A stretch of 64,000 nucleotides of DNA from Octopus vulgaris (GCA_951406725.2 CATOCA020000001.1:1612001-1676000), one strand, 5' to 3'. Numbered from the stretch's first letter, positions 14,855 to 31,385 are shown. Notes: a model not told the origin generated them from the letters alone. Program-made: numbers and translations.

Positions 14855-16796
14855 TTATACACAGGTATGTATGATTGTGTATAGGAGAATATATTACTGA
14901 AAGAAATTCCAACTTTGATTTTCATGATTTATTTACAATCCTATAATAATATATGATAAGATAAGATAACATAATGAAGCGATAGAATATCAAATATCCA
15001 CTCTGATTGAACTAGTACTTTCATGCATTCTTCAAGTTGTATAAAAATAGTTATTGTCTGCATCATTCCAAAGAGAAATAAAGTCTCCATAAAGTGTAAA
15101 AGTTAGAAATAATTTGTATGGTGTTAGTAACAAAATATTTTGTTAGAAATAGGATTATTATCATCGGTCTTAAATTTAATCTCGCCAGTGTAGATATGTG
15201 TGTGTATAAATATCAATTTGAAATATTTACAGGAAAGTAGCAAAAATTGATTTACAGGTTTATCCACTTATCTGAATATTCTATTACCTCATGAAAGTTT
15301 ATTGTCTCATTTTGCGGCTTGTATCGGATAAGAATACTGACCGAAGTACACATTTTTATAACCCGTTATGTGTTTTTTTAACGGCAGTGTCAGTATTTTC
15401 TGTCGATGTATGTTATTCGCTGTACTTTAATATCCGGAAAATAAATCCATTTTCCAGAAATTCACCATTTCTACACGACGCAAAGTAATATAAGATGAGG
15501 TGATTTGCTTAAGGACGCAATACAATTCCCTTTACGGGAATTGAAACCGCGATCTCGCTATCGCGAATGTAACACCGTTAACAGCGTGGTCATTCGCCTT
15601 GGACACCAATTATATTATTTAACATGTTATATGACATAGGTGGGACAGCATCCCAGAATCCTTCTTATCTACTAGGCGTTTTCCCGAAGCAACACCCACT
15701 GAATTTACATGGATCCCGAGAAAAATCTGAGCGTTACTCCTAAGTGATGTCTCTTGTCAGCTAACGATATGGCGTTGTATCATGTAATGATAGAAAGTCT
15801 GACGCAGAAAATTGCGTTGTTTGATGTGGTGATACAGTCTGAGAACGAGGCCAATTTTAGGTACATATCTTTGTTTGTTTTTTTGTGTTTTACTTAGGGT
15901 GTTGCTGTCGACGTTGTTGTTTGCCCTGACTGATCGTAATTTTGCACAAAGGCATTCCAATTATACCCTACTAATTATTTTTATTCAAACATTAGCAACC
16001 ATGTCCTCCATTGTCTAAAATAAGAGTGTGTGATTGGAAAGAGATTTCGCAGGTATCTCCAGGTGTTTGATGGAAAACATTGTAAACATATCTGCGTCAC
16101 AAGCCAATGTTTCCTGATTGAGTAAAGCTATGGTCAGAGGACATCCAGTCGTCATCTTCCCATCCATTTAGTTATATAGCATTGTCTCCGGTCTCTAGGT
16201 GAGCAGGATTTTCCATGAATTCAACTGCTTCAGCACACATGCAACCAAAAACCAATAGGACACTTGTGTCTAGACCACTAAATACATGCTTCCACCACCT
16301 CAGATCTGAATGCTTCGCCATCTTCCCATCCCCGCAGGACTTTCGAATGAAAAAATAAGTTGTACAGTTAAAAAGTATAGAGCTTAAATTAAAAAGATAA
16401 TATTAAACAAGAATATCCAAGCAAAATAGTCGGCAATGCCTGTACACAATGCCTGTACACAAATTTACAACTTGCTTTGCAGCGTTTCTGTCGGCTATTC
16501 GCGTTCTGAGTTCCTTTCCCGCTGAAGTCCAATTAGTCGACTGACCACTTCCCCCACAAAACAACAACCACTGGCATTCTACCTAAGCCAGAGTAAACAT
16601 TATATGAGCGGCAATCTAGGATTTCAGGACAAAGAATTGCTACGCGGTGTCATATGTAATCACGTATGGTTATATAAAGATGCATCGGGATATATATACA
16701 TACACAAACACGAACAAATATATGTGCGTGTATGTGTGTGTGTGTAAGTGTACCTGTGTGTGTATGTGAATGTGAATGTGTGCAAATATGTACGTT

Positions 16797-16854
<58 letters not shown>

Positions 16855-17844
16855 CGTAAAGCCCTGTGAGTGATTTGGTAGACAGAAACTTAAAGAAGCC
16901 CGTCGTATATATGTATATATATGTGCGTGTGTGTGTCTATATGTTTCTATGTGTTATTTTATTGGTCACTTTTGCCGATCCGCTATGTTAAGGGGGGGGG
17001 GGTGTTATGGTTGCTTGGAACCAAATGCTCACCGACAAATTATCGTCAGAAATTAAATAAGTTTTCTCCACTTATCTGAATATTCTATGGCCTCATATAA
17101 GTTTTTGATCGATTATTGGGATGGCGATATCTCATTTCTCTAGTTACTAAAATGCAAACCCGACGAATTTCCCTCCTTTCCCAGAATATATTTCAGTTGG
17201 TTGTAAATTATGCTTGTTGTTCACTGATGACAAGGCTATGATCAGAGGCGTTTCGGTCATGATCATCCCGTCGATTTACTTACTTCACAATATGTGTTGT
17301 GTTCTTTCCTTGGTTAAATCGGTAGGGTGTGAGACAATTGAATATCATTGTCTCAAATGCTTACGATAGGGCTGATAGCGCAAATGTTCAAGTAATGGAC
17401 ATTCACTAGTCCTGAAACCTACACCGACAATCATTATTCTAATACATCACATGATGTGGATGTTAATTTTTATAGATCTTTCCGAAATATAAGTCCGACC
17501 TTACTATCAAGATGAAGCATCAATTTATTAAATGACATCTAGGATTGAATTATTCTGCTACTAGCAGAAGAATGAAAGTGATATTCTACGTGGTTTACTC
17601 TGCATGTGTGTTTAGTATATTGTAACCTTCATGTACATGGGTTATCTCAAGTAAAACATAGCCTCGAATGTTTAGGGACGTCCAGTTCACCCTGTGTAAC
17701 TTGCCACAGGAGTCACACAGCAGATGCAGGTACTAGAGGTTAAAGACTGTACTAATTCCCTAAGTTGTTCACTTGAGCATCCGCATACCAATTTATTATT
17801 ATTCGATATACACAAAAAACTTTAGATTGTCTGAGTACGTTCGC

Positions 17845-17883
<39 letters not shown>

Positions 17884-20800
17884 TGTATATATATATATTA
17901 ATGTATATGTGGGCGTCTATGTGCATCTGTGTGTGTGAGTACATGCACAAGTGTTCGGCTTTTAACATACACACACAGACACACACACATACACACACAC
18001 GCACACGATCACACATATTTGTATATATATATATATAAAAATATTCATACGCATTCAGAGATCTACACACACATATAAATAGTGTATTCTTTCTTTAATT
18101 CTTTTACTTGTTTAAGTCATTTGACTGCGGCCTTGCTGGAGTACCACCTGAAAAGCCTTTAAGCCGAAGAGCCGAAGAAATTTACAGTTGGGCTTAGTTT
18201 TTGTAAGCCTGGTACATATTTTTTTGAACGCTTTTGCCGAACAACTATGTTAAGGCGGGAGTAAAAGAACTGCTCTCAAGCTGTGAACGGGTAGCAAACA
18301 TAGTCACACAGACACACACGCACACAGGTAAACACACACACACACACGCTCTCACACACACACGCGCGCGCGCGCACCACACATACACTCACAGACACAC
18401 TCACACACACATATGTATATATATATATATATAACGGATTTCCTTCGGGTCCGTCTACTAAACCCACTCACAAGTCTTTGCTCGGCCCGTGGTTATAGTA
18501 GAAGACACTTTCCCAGGTTGCCAAGCAGGGAAACTACGCCTGGATCTATGTGCTTGCGGAGCAAGCTTCTTGCCACATAGCCACGCCTATGCATGTGTGT
18601 TTATGTAGACGTCTATAAACAGGATGAAGAGGACAATCAAATGTTTAACTAATATTTCTTACGTGCGTGTAACAACGTTATGGTTGCTTGGAACAGAATG
18701 CTCACCGACAAATGACTGTCAGGAACAACGTTATTCTATTAAGTTGCATAGTTATAGAAAGATAGAAAGAAGGAAAAATAAATCATATATACGTGTGTGT
18801 GTATATATAAATAAATTTTAAATTTTAAAAGAAATGTAACAAAAATTGATTTATCTATTCGCATTCTGAGTTCCTTTCCTGTCGAATTCCCCTTTGCCTT
18901 TCATTTCTCAGAGGTGCTGAAGTCCAATTAGTCGACTGTCCAATTCCCCCACAAAACACAACCACTGGCAATCTACCTAACCCAGAAACCACTTTATAGG
19001 CGGCAATCTAGGACTTTAGGACGAAGAATTTTCTACGCGGGGTCATATGTAATCATGTATGGTTATATAAAATGCATGAGGATATATATACATACACAAA
19101 CACGCAAAAATATGTGTGTGTATGAGTGTGTGTATGTATGTTAGTTCGTATATATATATATATATATACATATGTATATATGAATGTATATGTGAGCGTG
19201 TGTCTACATGTGTGTGTGTGAATACATGCACATGTGTACGAGGCAAAACATTCACACACATACATATATATAGGTATATAAATACATATGTATATATTCA
19301 TACGCATTTATATATATACACAGACATGCGCACACATATATATAAATGTGTATTCTTTTTCTTTAATTCTTTTACGTGTTGAAGTCATTTGCCCGCGGCC
19401 ATGCTGGAGTGCCATATCAAAAGCCATTAGGCCCAATAAATTGACATCAGAGATTATTCTTTGTAAGCCAAGTACTTATTTTATTGGCTGCTTTTGCCGA
19501 ACCGCAATGTTAAGGAGGGGCCTTAAAAAAACCTGCTGTCGAATATGAATGGGTAACAAACATAGTCGCAAAGACAGAAACACACATACACAAACAAACA
19601 AACTCACACACACACACACAAACACACATATGCTTCAATATATATAGATTTATATATAACGCACTTCTTTCGGTTTCCGTCTACCAAATCCACTCGTAAG
19701 GCTTTGGTCGGTCTGAGGTTATAGTAGAAGACACTTTCCCAAATTGCCATGCAGTGAAACTAAACCTGGAACTATCTGCTTGTGAATTCATGTTTCTTAC
19801 CACTCAGCCACGCCTATGCATATGTGTTTATGTAAAAGTCTATATATAGAATGAACAGGACAAAGAAATGTTTGAATAATAATTCTGAAGTGCATGTAAC
19901 AACGTTATGGTTGCTTGGAACCAAAATCTCACCGACAAATGATCGTCAGGAACAACTTAATTGTATTAATTTGCATAGTTATAGAAAGATAGAGAGAGAG
20001 GGAAAAATAAATCATATATACATGTGTGTGTAGATACAAATGTTAAATCTTAAAAGAAAAGTAACAAAAATTGATTTACCTTTATAGAGCCGGCCCCAAA
20101 TATGACTTCGGTTTGAATTTTTGACAGAAATTAAATGTTTTATCCACTTATCGGAATATTCTATTGCCTCATATAAGTTTTTTGTCTCAACCTTCCAGGT
20201 GCTATCCGAAAAGCATACTGAATGAAATACCCTGTTGTAATAATTCTCTAATTATTTTTAAAACGAGAGTGGCAGTATTTTTTCTTGATGTGTATGTGAT
20301 TGGCTGAAATTCTTTAATATCCGGAAAATAAATCCATTTTCCAGCTAGTCACCATTCCTACACGTCGAGTGTTGAAATGGTCGCTGTGCAACATAAGATG
20401 AATTGTTCTGCGCACAAAACATCACTCGTCCCAGGATCTGAAATCACGACCTTAATCACGATTTCATGTCCTCGACTTCTATTATATTACCAAAACTTTA
20501 TTTTTCATACGTCCTGACAACACCCACAGAATATTCTTATCTACTTGTCGCTTTTCTAAAACAAACGCCATAGTTTTTACCGATTATTGGGATGGCGATA
20601 TCTGCTCAAAAATAGGACCTCATCGCTCTAGTTACTAAAATGGAAACCCGGCCAATTTTCCTCGTTTCGCAGAATATATTTCAGTTATTTGTAAAGAATG
20701 CTTGTTGTTCAATGATGACAAGACTATGATCAGAGGCGTTTCGGCCATGATCATGCCGTCGATTTACTTACATCGCAATGTGTGTTGTGTTCTTTCCGTG

Positions 20801-22600
20801 GTTAAGACGGTAGGGTGTGAGACAATGGAATATCATTGTCTCAAATGCTTACGATAGGGCTGATAGCGCAAACGTTCAAGTAATGGACAATCATTAGTCC
20901 TGAAACCTACACCTGCAATCATTTTTGTAATACATCACATGATGTGGATGTTAATTTTCATAGATCTCTCCGAAATATAAGTCCGACCTTACAATTAAGT
21001 TTTGCTTAGAAACTCTGTCTCCCTTTTCAGCTTCCTTTCAGCAACCATAACCGTGTCTCAATATTACTATTTCCTGCAACTATCTTTGCCAATCGACATT
21101 GCCATACATTCTCTTGTCAGATAGATTATCTTCCTACTTTTTTTATTGTTTTAATTTCATTTGGCTTTTTCCTTTCCTATCTCCTACTATAACTCAAGCA
21201 AATCATAAATTTTATTCATTATTATATATATCAACTCTAGCTAACTCTACCCTACTTTCTGCTGATATTAAACCGCTTCCACCTTCGTTATTCTAAGTAA
21301 GTGCAATCTTGCTCTTCCTAATCGAGGCTGAAGTCCTCTATTCATATTGAATTCCTTCCTAGTTCTTCTGTCTAGATTTGCTAATTCAGATCTTTTCCAA
21401 TCAACAAATTCTGCTGAATACCGAAGTAACGACACTTCCCAAAGTTTTTACAACCTTTACTAGATTTAGAACCCTTCGCTTTCCCTTCATTAGCTTCTTC
21501 AACCTTCGATGTACTCCTTAGCTATTTTTGCAATTTTGCCATTTCCATTGTTAGTACACTCTCAGATTCTAATACTGACGACAGAAGCACTTATGATTCT
21601 CTGCCTTCAGTGATATTTACTTTGCACTTGCTAATCTGGCCTATTCATGCTGACTCTCCTTATGTCCTCTACTTTCTCAAACATTTGTCTGTGAATTCAT
21701 GTTAAAAGTCTCTACATTGGGAATTTGCCTGGTTTTTGTCTATTTTGGATTTTATGTAGTTAGTTATGAATGCCTGATCGTGTGCGGTTGCTTACAAACA
21801 CTGTCTCCCTTTTCATTTTCCGTTCTGAAACCATATTAGTCTGTAAGTGTCCCTTGCCTATTCTTTCTGTACCCTTTCTGTTCCACTGGTGCTTTGTAAT
21901 TTATTTCCAGGAAATCATACACCTAATTAGATATTATTCCTGTCATCAGCTTCCACATGAGGGGCAGACAGGTGATAGGCCGGTGATTATCCACTGCATT
22001 GCTTTGTTGGGATTATTTTGGCAAAGAATTGTTTGACTTTTGGTCAGCCTCTTTGGGATTTGTACCCCGTTGTTGATCATTTTATATATTTGCTTGGCTA
22101 TTCTTCTGTGTACTGCTGGGGAAATTTTCAGCCAATATCCTTGTACGCTATCCGGTCCTGGGTATTTCCAGTTTGGCGATTTAATCACTCTGGCCCACAT
22201 TGGTAGTCAAATATACAATGAGGCGACAGGTGTTTATACATCTGCTTTTACTCGTCCTTAATTACTAAACAATACTCTCCTCTCGCTCTCTTTCTCTCTC
22301 TCTCCTCTAATAACTTAATTAAATTTAACTCTCTATAATTATCTACGATGACTATGCGAGAATTTGTATGTGGGTGTGTCTGTGCGTACAAACAGACATT
22401 TATCTGTCCATTTCTAAACTCATACGTATGGATGTGTATGTATGGCCGCGTAAGTGTGTGTATCTGACTGTGTGTATAGCAATAGGAATATGCCACTGCA
22501 TAGGTGTCTGTGTGTGTGTCTGTGTGTGTTTGCATATGTTAGTGCGTGTGTGTATGTGTATGTCTCTCTCTGTATGTATGTGTGTGTATACATGCATCCC
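10901..22600. repeat. Tandem unit copy 2 (~11.7 kb)
   Basis: Marker spacing 11021 to 22721. Carries an internally shortened R4-like LINE fragment. Confidence 0.85.
20998..22258 (-). mobile_element. R4/Dong-like LINE remnant with internal deletion
   Basis: ORF 21946-22200 reads NWKYPGPDSVQGYWLK (R4-type NWKAPGPDG..GFWLK motif). It lacks the ~550 bp present at ~33,750-34,300. Confidence 0.8.
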
Positions 22601-24663
22601 TTTAACCCCCAAGTCAAACACCCCTTCACTATATAGACTAATCTCTATATACTCTCATATATTTCTCATTCGCCCAATAATAGACTCTTCCAAGGCCTTC
22701 CAAATCTGATTCACTTTCTATTCAAAGATGCAACTGTTAATTTCCATTATCCTTTGCCAGGGACTTTCCTGGAAACTTTACTAACTCTTCGATCACGAAA
22801 ATACCAGACACATTTATCAGAGAACTCCATGGATTCCCAAAAGACTGGTAACGAATAATATCCTCGATTAAGGATATTATGCATTTCTGCATTTTCTTTT
22901 TTCTGTGCATATTTGTAACCACTCTGCACAGTTCTTTTATTTGTTTCAGCCATTTCACTGCAGCCATGCTGGAGCAATGCCTTTTTCACCGAACTTATTA
23001 TTTATAAGACTTGTACTTATTCTATGAGTCTCCTTTGCTGAACCACTAATTTACATGGACGTAAACTCACCAACATCGGTTGTAAAGCGATGGTGGTGGA
23101 CAGACACAGACACAAAAACTCACACACACACACACACACACACACAATACTTATATTATAAATTATAAAATGAATGTTCTTGAAAAAGGCTAAATGTTTT
23201 TCTTGCTCCTAATCTGTTATAATTTATGTCCCTCCGCTCAATGATCAACCACACCTTAAACCCATGATACCCAATTTCTGCACCACATTTTTCTGTTCAA
23301 GCCGGTGTTTTAGTGGTAAACCAAACTGAGCAGTCACACTACATACGACCTTTTACATGATTTTCTATTGTATCAACGCTAAGGTTTAATATATACTTTT
23401 ATGTGGCTTTGGGGAGTGGCATGAACGGATTTCTTCTATTTGTATGTATTTCAATTTCTCGTGTAACGAACAATTCCTTTAACGAACATGGCTCGGAAAG
23501 GATTATGTGTATATATAGAGATGTCACTGGTTTGAGAAGTTTTGAGTCGAACTAATTGACCTCTGTACTTAATTTTTAAGCCTGGTACTTATTTTATTGG
23601 AGTATATTGGTGAACCCCTAAGTTACCAGAACGTAAACACACCAACACAGGTCATCAAGCGGTGGGACAAACACTGACACAAAGACACACACACTGATAC
23701 ATACAGACAGACATATATAGACATAGAAGTGGCCGTAGAGTATGAAACACATGGTTCCGTGTTCAGTCCCGTTGCGAGACATTTTGGCTGAGTGTCTTCT
23801 ACTATAGCCAAGGGCCGACCATAGTCTTGTGAGTGGATTTCATAGATGGAAACTCAAATAAGCCCGTCGTATGTGTGTGTGTGTATTTGTGTGTTTATAT
23901 TTGTCCCTCCACCATCATTTGACAACCGATGTTGGTGTGCTTACGTCCCTGTAACATAGCGGTTCTGGAAAAGAAACTGATAGAATAAGTACTAGGATTA
24001 CAAAGGTTAAGTCCTAGGGTCGATTTGTTCGACTAAAGGCGGAGCTCCAACATGGCCGCAGTCAAATGACTGAAACAAGTAAAAGAATAGTCACGATAGG
24101 CTTCTTTCCGTTTCCATCTACCAAATCCACATATGAAGATTTTGAGAGTCCAATGGCTACAGTAGAAGACATTTATGTAGCGTGCCACGCAGTGGAACTG
24201 AACCCGAATCCAAATTTGGAAGCAAGCGTCTTACCACACAGCCGCGCCTAAACATGCCCCCCTACACAGATTCAATCCAAGGAAACACGCATAAAGATGA
24301 AACACTCTCCAAGCCGTTCACTTTATAATTTGTTAAAACCATTAACATGGTGTCCATTAGTTAGTAATGCTGTGTTTTGTTTTATTTCTCCTACACATTG
24401 ATTCCAAATTTTGGCACAACACCAGCAATTTCAGGGGAGGAGTAAGTTGATTACATCGACCCCAGTACATAACTGATATTGATTTCATCGACCCCGAAAG
24501 GAAAAAAGGGAAAGACAACCTCGGCGGAATATTTCTACTTAATATTTAATATTATTACGTTCATGCATTTTTGAAATTGGGTGTTAAAACAGAAATTCTT
24601 CTATTTGGAGATGGTCGTCTGTTGCCAATGAAACACGCGCAATATATATTTGATATTCACTTT

Positions 24664-24694
<31 letters not shown>

Positions 24695-25076
24695 GTACGC
24701 CGGGCGAAACGTTTAGAAGTATTTCGTCTGCGGTTACGTTCTGAGTTCAAATTCCACCGAGTCCAAATTCCACCGAGGTCGATATTGCCTTTCATCCTTT
24801 TGTAGTCGATTAAATAAGTACCAGTTACGCACTGGAGGCGATATAATCGACTTAATCAGCGTGTCTCTCCTTGTTTGTCCTCTCTGTGTTTAGCCCCTTG
24901 TGGGTAGTAAAGAGATAAGTATTTCGTCTCTCACTACATTCTGAGTTCAAATTCCGCTTAGATCGACTTTGCCCTTCATCCTTTCGGGAACGATAAATTA
25001 AGTACCAGTTACACACTGGGATCGATGTAATGGACGTGTCCTTGTGCTTCCAGTAGACAGGATAATAATAATAATA

Positions 25077-25139
<63 letters not shown>

Positions 25140-25395
25140 ATTATTATTATTATTTGAGGTTTAGCTGGCAGAATCGTTAGCACGCCGGGCAAAATGCTTG
25201 GTAGTATTTCATACATCATTAGTTTCTGAGTTCAAATCCCCCGAGGTCTACTTCACATTTCAACATTTCGAGGTCTATAAATTAAATACCAGTTGAGTAC
25301 TAGGGGCTATGTAATCGACTAACTCCCCCCATCCAAGAATATGTCAGGCTTTGTGCTTATAGTAGGAACGACTATTATTATTGTTATTATTATTA

Positions 25396-25456
<61 letters not shown>

Positions 25457-25752
25457 CATTATTATTATTATTATTACTATTAGTATAAATTCTTTCGTCT
25501 CACATACTGTGATCTCCTCAGCGACTCTCTGCTACGCCTTTTTCTTCTTATCCTGCTTATTCTGTATTAAAATTTATATTAAATGTCTACTTTTCTACTG
25601 TTTGTCAAGTGGTTTGTTTATGAAATAATTTATACTCGGAACAATTGTACAAACGGAATTTCCCACTTGGTGCAGCTATATATTTTAGTAATTGTTTGAA
25701 TGAATACACGCACATACACAACTCACTTATATGTTTGTTGTGTGTGTGTGTG

Positions 25753-25848
<96 letters not shown>

Positions 25849-25930
25849 ATGTATATATATATAAGCATAGTAGAAATATGTTAAAGAAAGAAAATATAAA
25901 ATACACGTGGAAATGTAAGGATAAAAGATG

Positions 25931-26005
<75 letters not shown>

Positions 26006-26123
26006 CTTTTAGTGGGGGGCAACCAGATCGAACCTTCCCAAGTGTTACTGCCCGAGATGGTCGTGACTTGTGGGACTTGACTGAGGAAAGAGAGCGTTAT
26101 TTTTTTTACCATTTATATAAGTA

Positions 26124-26177
<54 letters not shown>

Positions 26178-26361
26178 TGTGTGAGTATGTGTGTGTGTGT
26201 GTGTTTCAATCTATGTATTGAAGTTTCTGTTTGTTTATCTGTCTAATTATTTTTCGAATTGTCTCTCTCTCTCTCTTTCTCTCTTTCTTTCTTTTTTCTT
26301 TCCCTCTCTCTCTGTTCCACACTTTTATTTTCTCTCTCTTTTTCTCTCTTTCTGACTTTCT

Positions 26362-26400
<39 letters not shown>

Positions 26401-26533
26401 AATGCTATTTTTAGTGTGCTGGTGCTGCTTGTAGGAACTTTAATCATTAATTAATGATGCCTTACCTTATGGCATTTTTTTACGCATGCTTGCCACTTGA
26501 TAATATTGTAAGCAATAATATCCTTATATATAC

Positions 26534-26605
<72 letters not shown>

Positions 26606-28645
26606 TTATACACAGGTATGTATGATTGTGTATAGGAGAATATATTACTGAAAGAAATTCCAACTTTGATTTTCATGATTTATTTACAATCCTATAATAA
26701 TATATGATAAGATAAGATAACATAATGAAGCGATAGAATATCAAATATCCACTCTGATTCAACGAGTACTTTCATGCATTCTTCAAGTTGTATAAAAATA
26801 GTTATTGTCTGCATCATTCCAAGAGAAATAAAGTCTCCATAAAGTGTAAAAATTAGAAATAATTTGTATGGTGTTAGTAACAAAATATTTTGTTAGAAAT
26901 AGGATTATTATCATCGGTCTTAAATTTAATCTCGCCAGTGTAGATATGTGTGTGTATAAATACCAATTTTAAATATTTACAGGAAAGTAGCAAAAATTGA
27001 TTTACATTTACAATGCCGGTTTCAAATATGACTTCAGTATTAATTTTTTACAGAAATTAGAAAAGGTTTATCCACTTATCTGAATATTCTATTACCTCAT
27101 GAAAGTTTATTGTCTCATTTTGCGGCTTGTATCGGATAAGAATACTGACCGAAGTACACATTTGTTATAACCCGTTATGTGTTTTTTTAACGGCAGTGTC
27201 AGTATTTTCTGTCGATGTATGTTATTCGCTGTACTTTAATATCCGGAAAATAAATCCATTTTTAAGAAATTCACCATTTCTACACGACGCAAAGTAATAT
27301 AAGATGAGGTGATTTGCTTAAGAACGCAATACAATTCCCTTTACGGGAATTGAAACCGCGATCTCGCTATCGCGAATGTAACACCGTTAACAGCGTGGTC
27401 ATTCGCCTTGGACACCAATTATATTATTTAACATGTTATATGACATAGGTGGGACAGCATCCCAGAATCCTTCTTATCTACTAGGCGTTTTCCCGAAGCA
27501 ACACCCACTGAATTTACATGGATCCCGAGAAAAATCTGAGCGTTACTCCTAAGTGATGTCTCTTGTCAGCTAACGATATGGCGTTGTATCATGTAATGAT
27601 AGAAAGTCTGACGCAGAAAATTGCGTTGTTTGATGTGGTGATACAGTCTGAGAACGAGGCCAATTTTAGGTACATATCTTTGTTTGTTTTTTCGTGTTTT
27701 ACTTAGGGTGTTGTTGTCGACGTTGTTGTTTGCCCTGACTGATCGTAATTTTGCACAAAGGCATTCCAATTATACCCTACTAATTATTTTTATTCAAACA
27801 TTAGCAACCATGTCCTCCATTGTCTAAAATAAGAGTGTGTGATTGGAAAGAGATTTCGCAGGTATCTCCAGGTGTTTGATGGAAAACATTGTAAACATAT
27901 CTGCGTCACAAGCCAATGTTTCCTGATTGAGTAAAGCTATGGTCAGAGGACATCCAGTCGTCATCTTCCCATCCATTTAGTTATATAGCATTGTCTCCGG
28001 TCTCTAGGTGAGCAGGGTTTTCCATGAATTCAACTGCTTCAGCACACATGCAACCAAAAACCCATAGGACACTTGTGGGTATACCACTAAATACATGCTT
28101 CCACCACCTCAGATCTGAATGCTTCGCCACCTTCCCATCCCCGCAGGACTTTCAAATGAAAAAAATAAGTTGTACAGTTAAAAAGTATAGAGGTTAAATT
28201 AAAAAGATAATATTAAACAAGAATATCCAAGCAAAATAGTCGGCAATGTCTGTAGACAATGCCTGTACACAAATTTACAAATTGCTTTGCAGCGTTTCTG
28301 TTGGCTATTCGCGTTCTGAGTTCCTTTCCCGCCGAAGTCCCCTTTGCGTTTCATTTCTCAGAGGTGCTGAAGTCCAATTAGTCGACTGACCACTTCCCCC
28401 AGAATAACACAACCGCTGGCATTCTACCTAAGCCAGAGTAAACATTATATGAGCGGCAATCTAGGATTTCAGGACAAAGAATTGCTACGCGGTGTTATAT
28501 GTAATCATGTCTGGTTATATAAAAGATGCAGCGGATATATATACATACACAAACACGAACAAATATATGTGCGTGTATGTGTGTGTGTGTAAGTGTACCT
28601 GTGTGTGTATGTGAATGTGAATGTGTGCAAATATGTACGTTTGTT

Positions 28646-28699
<54 letters not shown>

Positions 28700-29778
28700 C
28701 GTAAAGCCCTGTGAGTGATTTGGTAGACAGAAACTATATGTATATATATGTGTGTGTGTGTCTATATGTTTCTATGTGTTATTTTATTGGTCACTTTTGC
28801 CGATCCGCTATGTTAAGGGGGGTGTTATGGTTGCTTGGAACCAAATGCTCACCGACAAATTATCGTCAGAAATTAAATAAGTTTTCTCCACTTATCTGAA
28901 TATTCTATTGCCTCATATAAGTTTTTTGTCTCACCTTCCAGCTGCGATCCGATAAACATACTGAATGAAGTACCCTGTTGTAATCATTCTCTATTTTTTT
29001 TAAAACCAAAGTGGCAGTATTTTCTCTTGGTGTATATGATTGGTCATTTTATCGATCATTATGGGATGGCGATATCTCATTTCTCTAGTTACTAAAATGC
29101 AAACCCGACGAATTTCCCTCCTTTCCCAGAATATATTTCAGTTGGTTGTAAATTATGCTTGTTGTTCACTGATGACAAGGCTATGATCAGAGGCGTTTCG
29201 GTCATGATCATCCCGTCGATTTACTTACTTCACAATATGTGTTGTGTTCTTTCCTTGGTTAAATCGGTAGGGTGTGAGACAATTGAATATCATTGTCTCA
29301 AATGCTTACGATAGGGCTGATAGCGCAAATGTTCAAGTAATGGACATTCACTAGTCCTGAAACCTACACCGACAATCATTATTCTAATACATCACATGAT
29401 GTGGATGTTAATTTTTATAGATCTTTCCGAAATATAAGTCCGACCTTACTATCAAGATGAAGCATCAATTTATTAAATGACATCTAGGATTGAATTATTC
29501 TGCTACTAGCAGAAGAATGAAAGTGATATTCTACGTGGTTTACTCTGCATGTGTGTTTAGTATATTGTAACCTTCATGTACATGGGTTATCTCAAGTACA
29601 ACATACCCTCGAATGTTTAGGGGCGTCCAGTTCACCCTGCGTAACTTGCCACAGGTCTCACACAGCAGATGCAGGTACTAGAGGGTAAAGACGGTACTAA
29701 TTCCCTAAGTTGTTCACGTGAGCATCCGCATACCAATTTATTATTATTCCATATACACAAAACACTTTAGATTGTCTG

Positions 29779-29820
<42 letters not shown>

Positions 29821-29947
29821 TGTATATATATATATATTAATGTATATGTGGGCGTCTATGTGCATCTGTGTGTGTGAGTACATGCACAAGTGTTCGGCTT
29901 TAAAATACACACACAGACACACACACACTCAGATACACACACACACA

Positions 29948-29990
<43 letters not shown>

Positions 29991-31116
29991 ATACGCATTC
30001 TGAGATCAACACACACATATAAAAAGTGTATTCGTTTCTTTAATTATTTTACTTGTTTAAGTCATTTGACTGCGGCCTTGCTGGAGTACCACCTGAAAAG
30101 CCTTTAAGCCGAAGAGCCGAAGAAATTTACAGTTGGGCTTAGTTTTTGTAAGCCTGGTACTTATTTTATTGATCGCTTTTGCCGAACAGCTATGTTAAAG
30201 CGGGCGTAAAAGACCTGCTGTCAAACTATGAACGCGTAACCAACATAGTCACACAGACACACACGCACACAGATAAACACACACATACACACTCATACAT
30301 ACACACACGCGCGCGCGCCACACATACACTCACAGACACACTCACACACACATATGTATATATATATATATATATAACGGATTTCCTTCGGGTCCGTCTA
30401 CTAAACCCACTCACAAGTCTTTGCTCGGCCCGAGGTTATAGTAGAAGACACTTTCCCAGGTTGACAAGCAGGGAAACTACACCTGGATCTATGTGCTTGC
30501 GGAGCAAGCTTCTGGCTACATAGCCACGCCTATGCATGTGTGTTTATGTAGAAGTCTATAAAAAGGATGAATAGGACAATCAAATGTTTAACTAATATTT
30601 CTTACGTGCGTGTAACAACGTTATGGTTGCTTGGAACCAAATGCTCACCGACAAATGACTGTCAGGAACAACGTTATTCTATTAAGTTGCATAGTTATAG
30701 AAAGATAGAGAGAGATGGAAAAATAAATCATATATATGTGTGTGTATATATAAATGTTAAATCTTAAAAGAAAAATAACAAAACTCGATTTATCTATTCG
30801 CATTCTGATTTCCTTTCCTGTCGAACTACCCTTTGCCTTTCATTTCTCAGAGGTGCTGAAGTCCAATTAGTCGACTGTCCAATTCCCCCACAAAACACAA
30901 CCACTGGCAATCTACCTAACCCAGAAACCACTTTATAGGCGGCAATCTAGGACTTTAGGACGAAGAATTTCTACGCGGGGTCATACGTAATCATGTATGG
31001 TTATATAAAGATGCATGAGGATATATATACATAAACAAACACGCACAAATATGTGTGTGTGTATGTGTGTGCGCATATGAGTGTGTGTATGTATTTTCGT
31101 TTTTTTGTATATATAT

Positions 31117-31124
<8 letters not shown>

Positions 31125-31215
<91 letters not shown>

Positions 31216-31227
31216 TATATAAATATA

Positions 31228-31282
<55 letters not shown>
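31125..31282. repeat. Long (TA)n microsatellite (largest of dozens of TA/CA/GA/ATT tracts)
   Basis: Directly visible, near-perfect TA run. Orthologous tracts differ in length between tandem units. Confidence 0.95.
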
Positions 31283-31285
<3 letters not shown>

Positions 31286-31351
31286 TGTATATGTGAGCGT
31301 GTGTCTACATGTGTGTTGGAAATCATGCACATGTGTACGAGGCAAAACACT

Positions 31352-31385
<34 letters not shown>

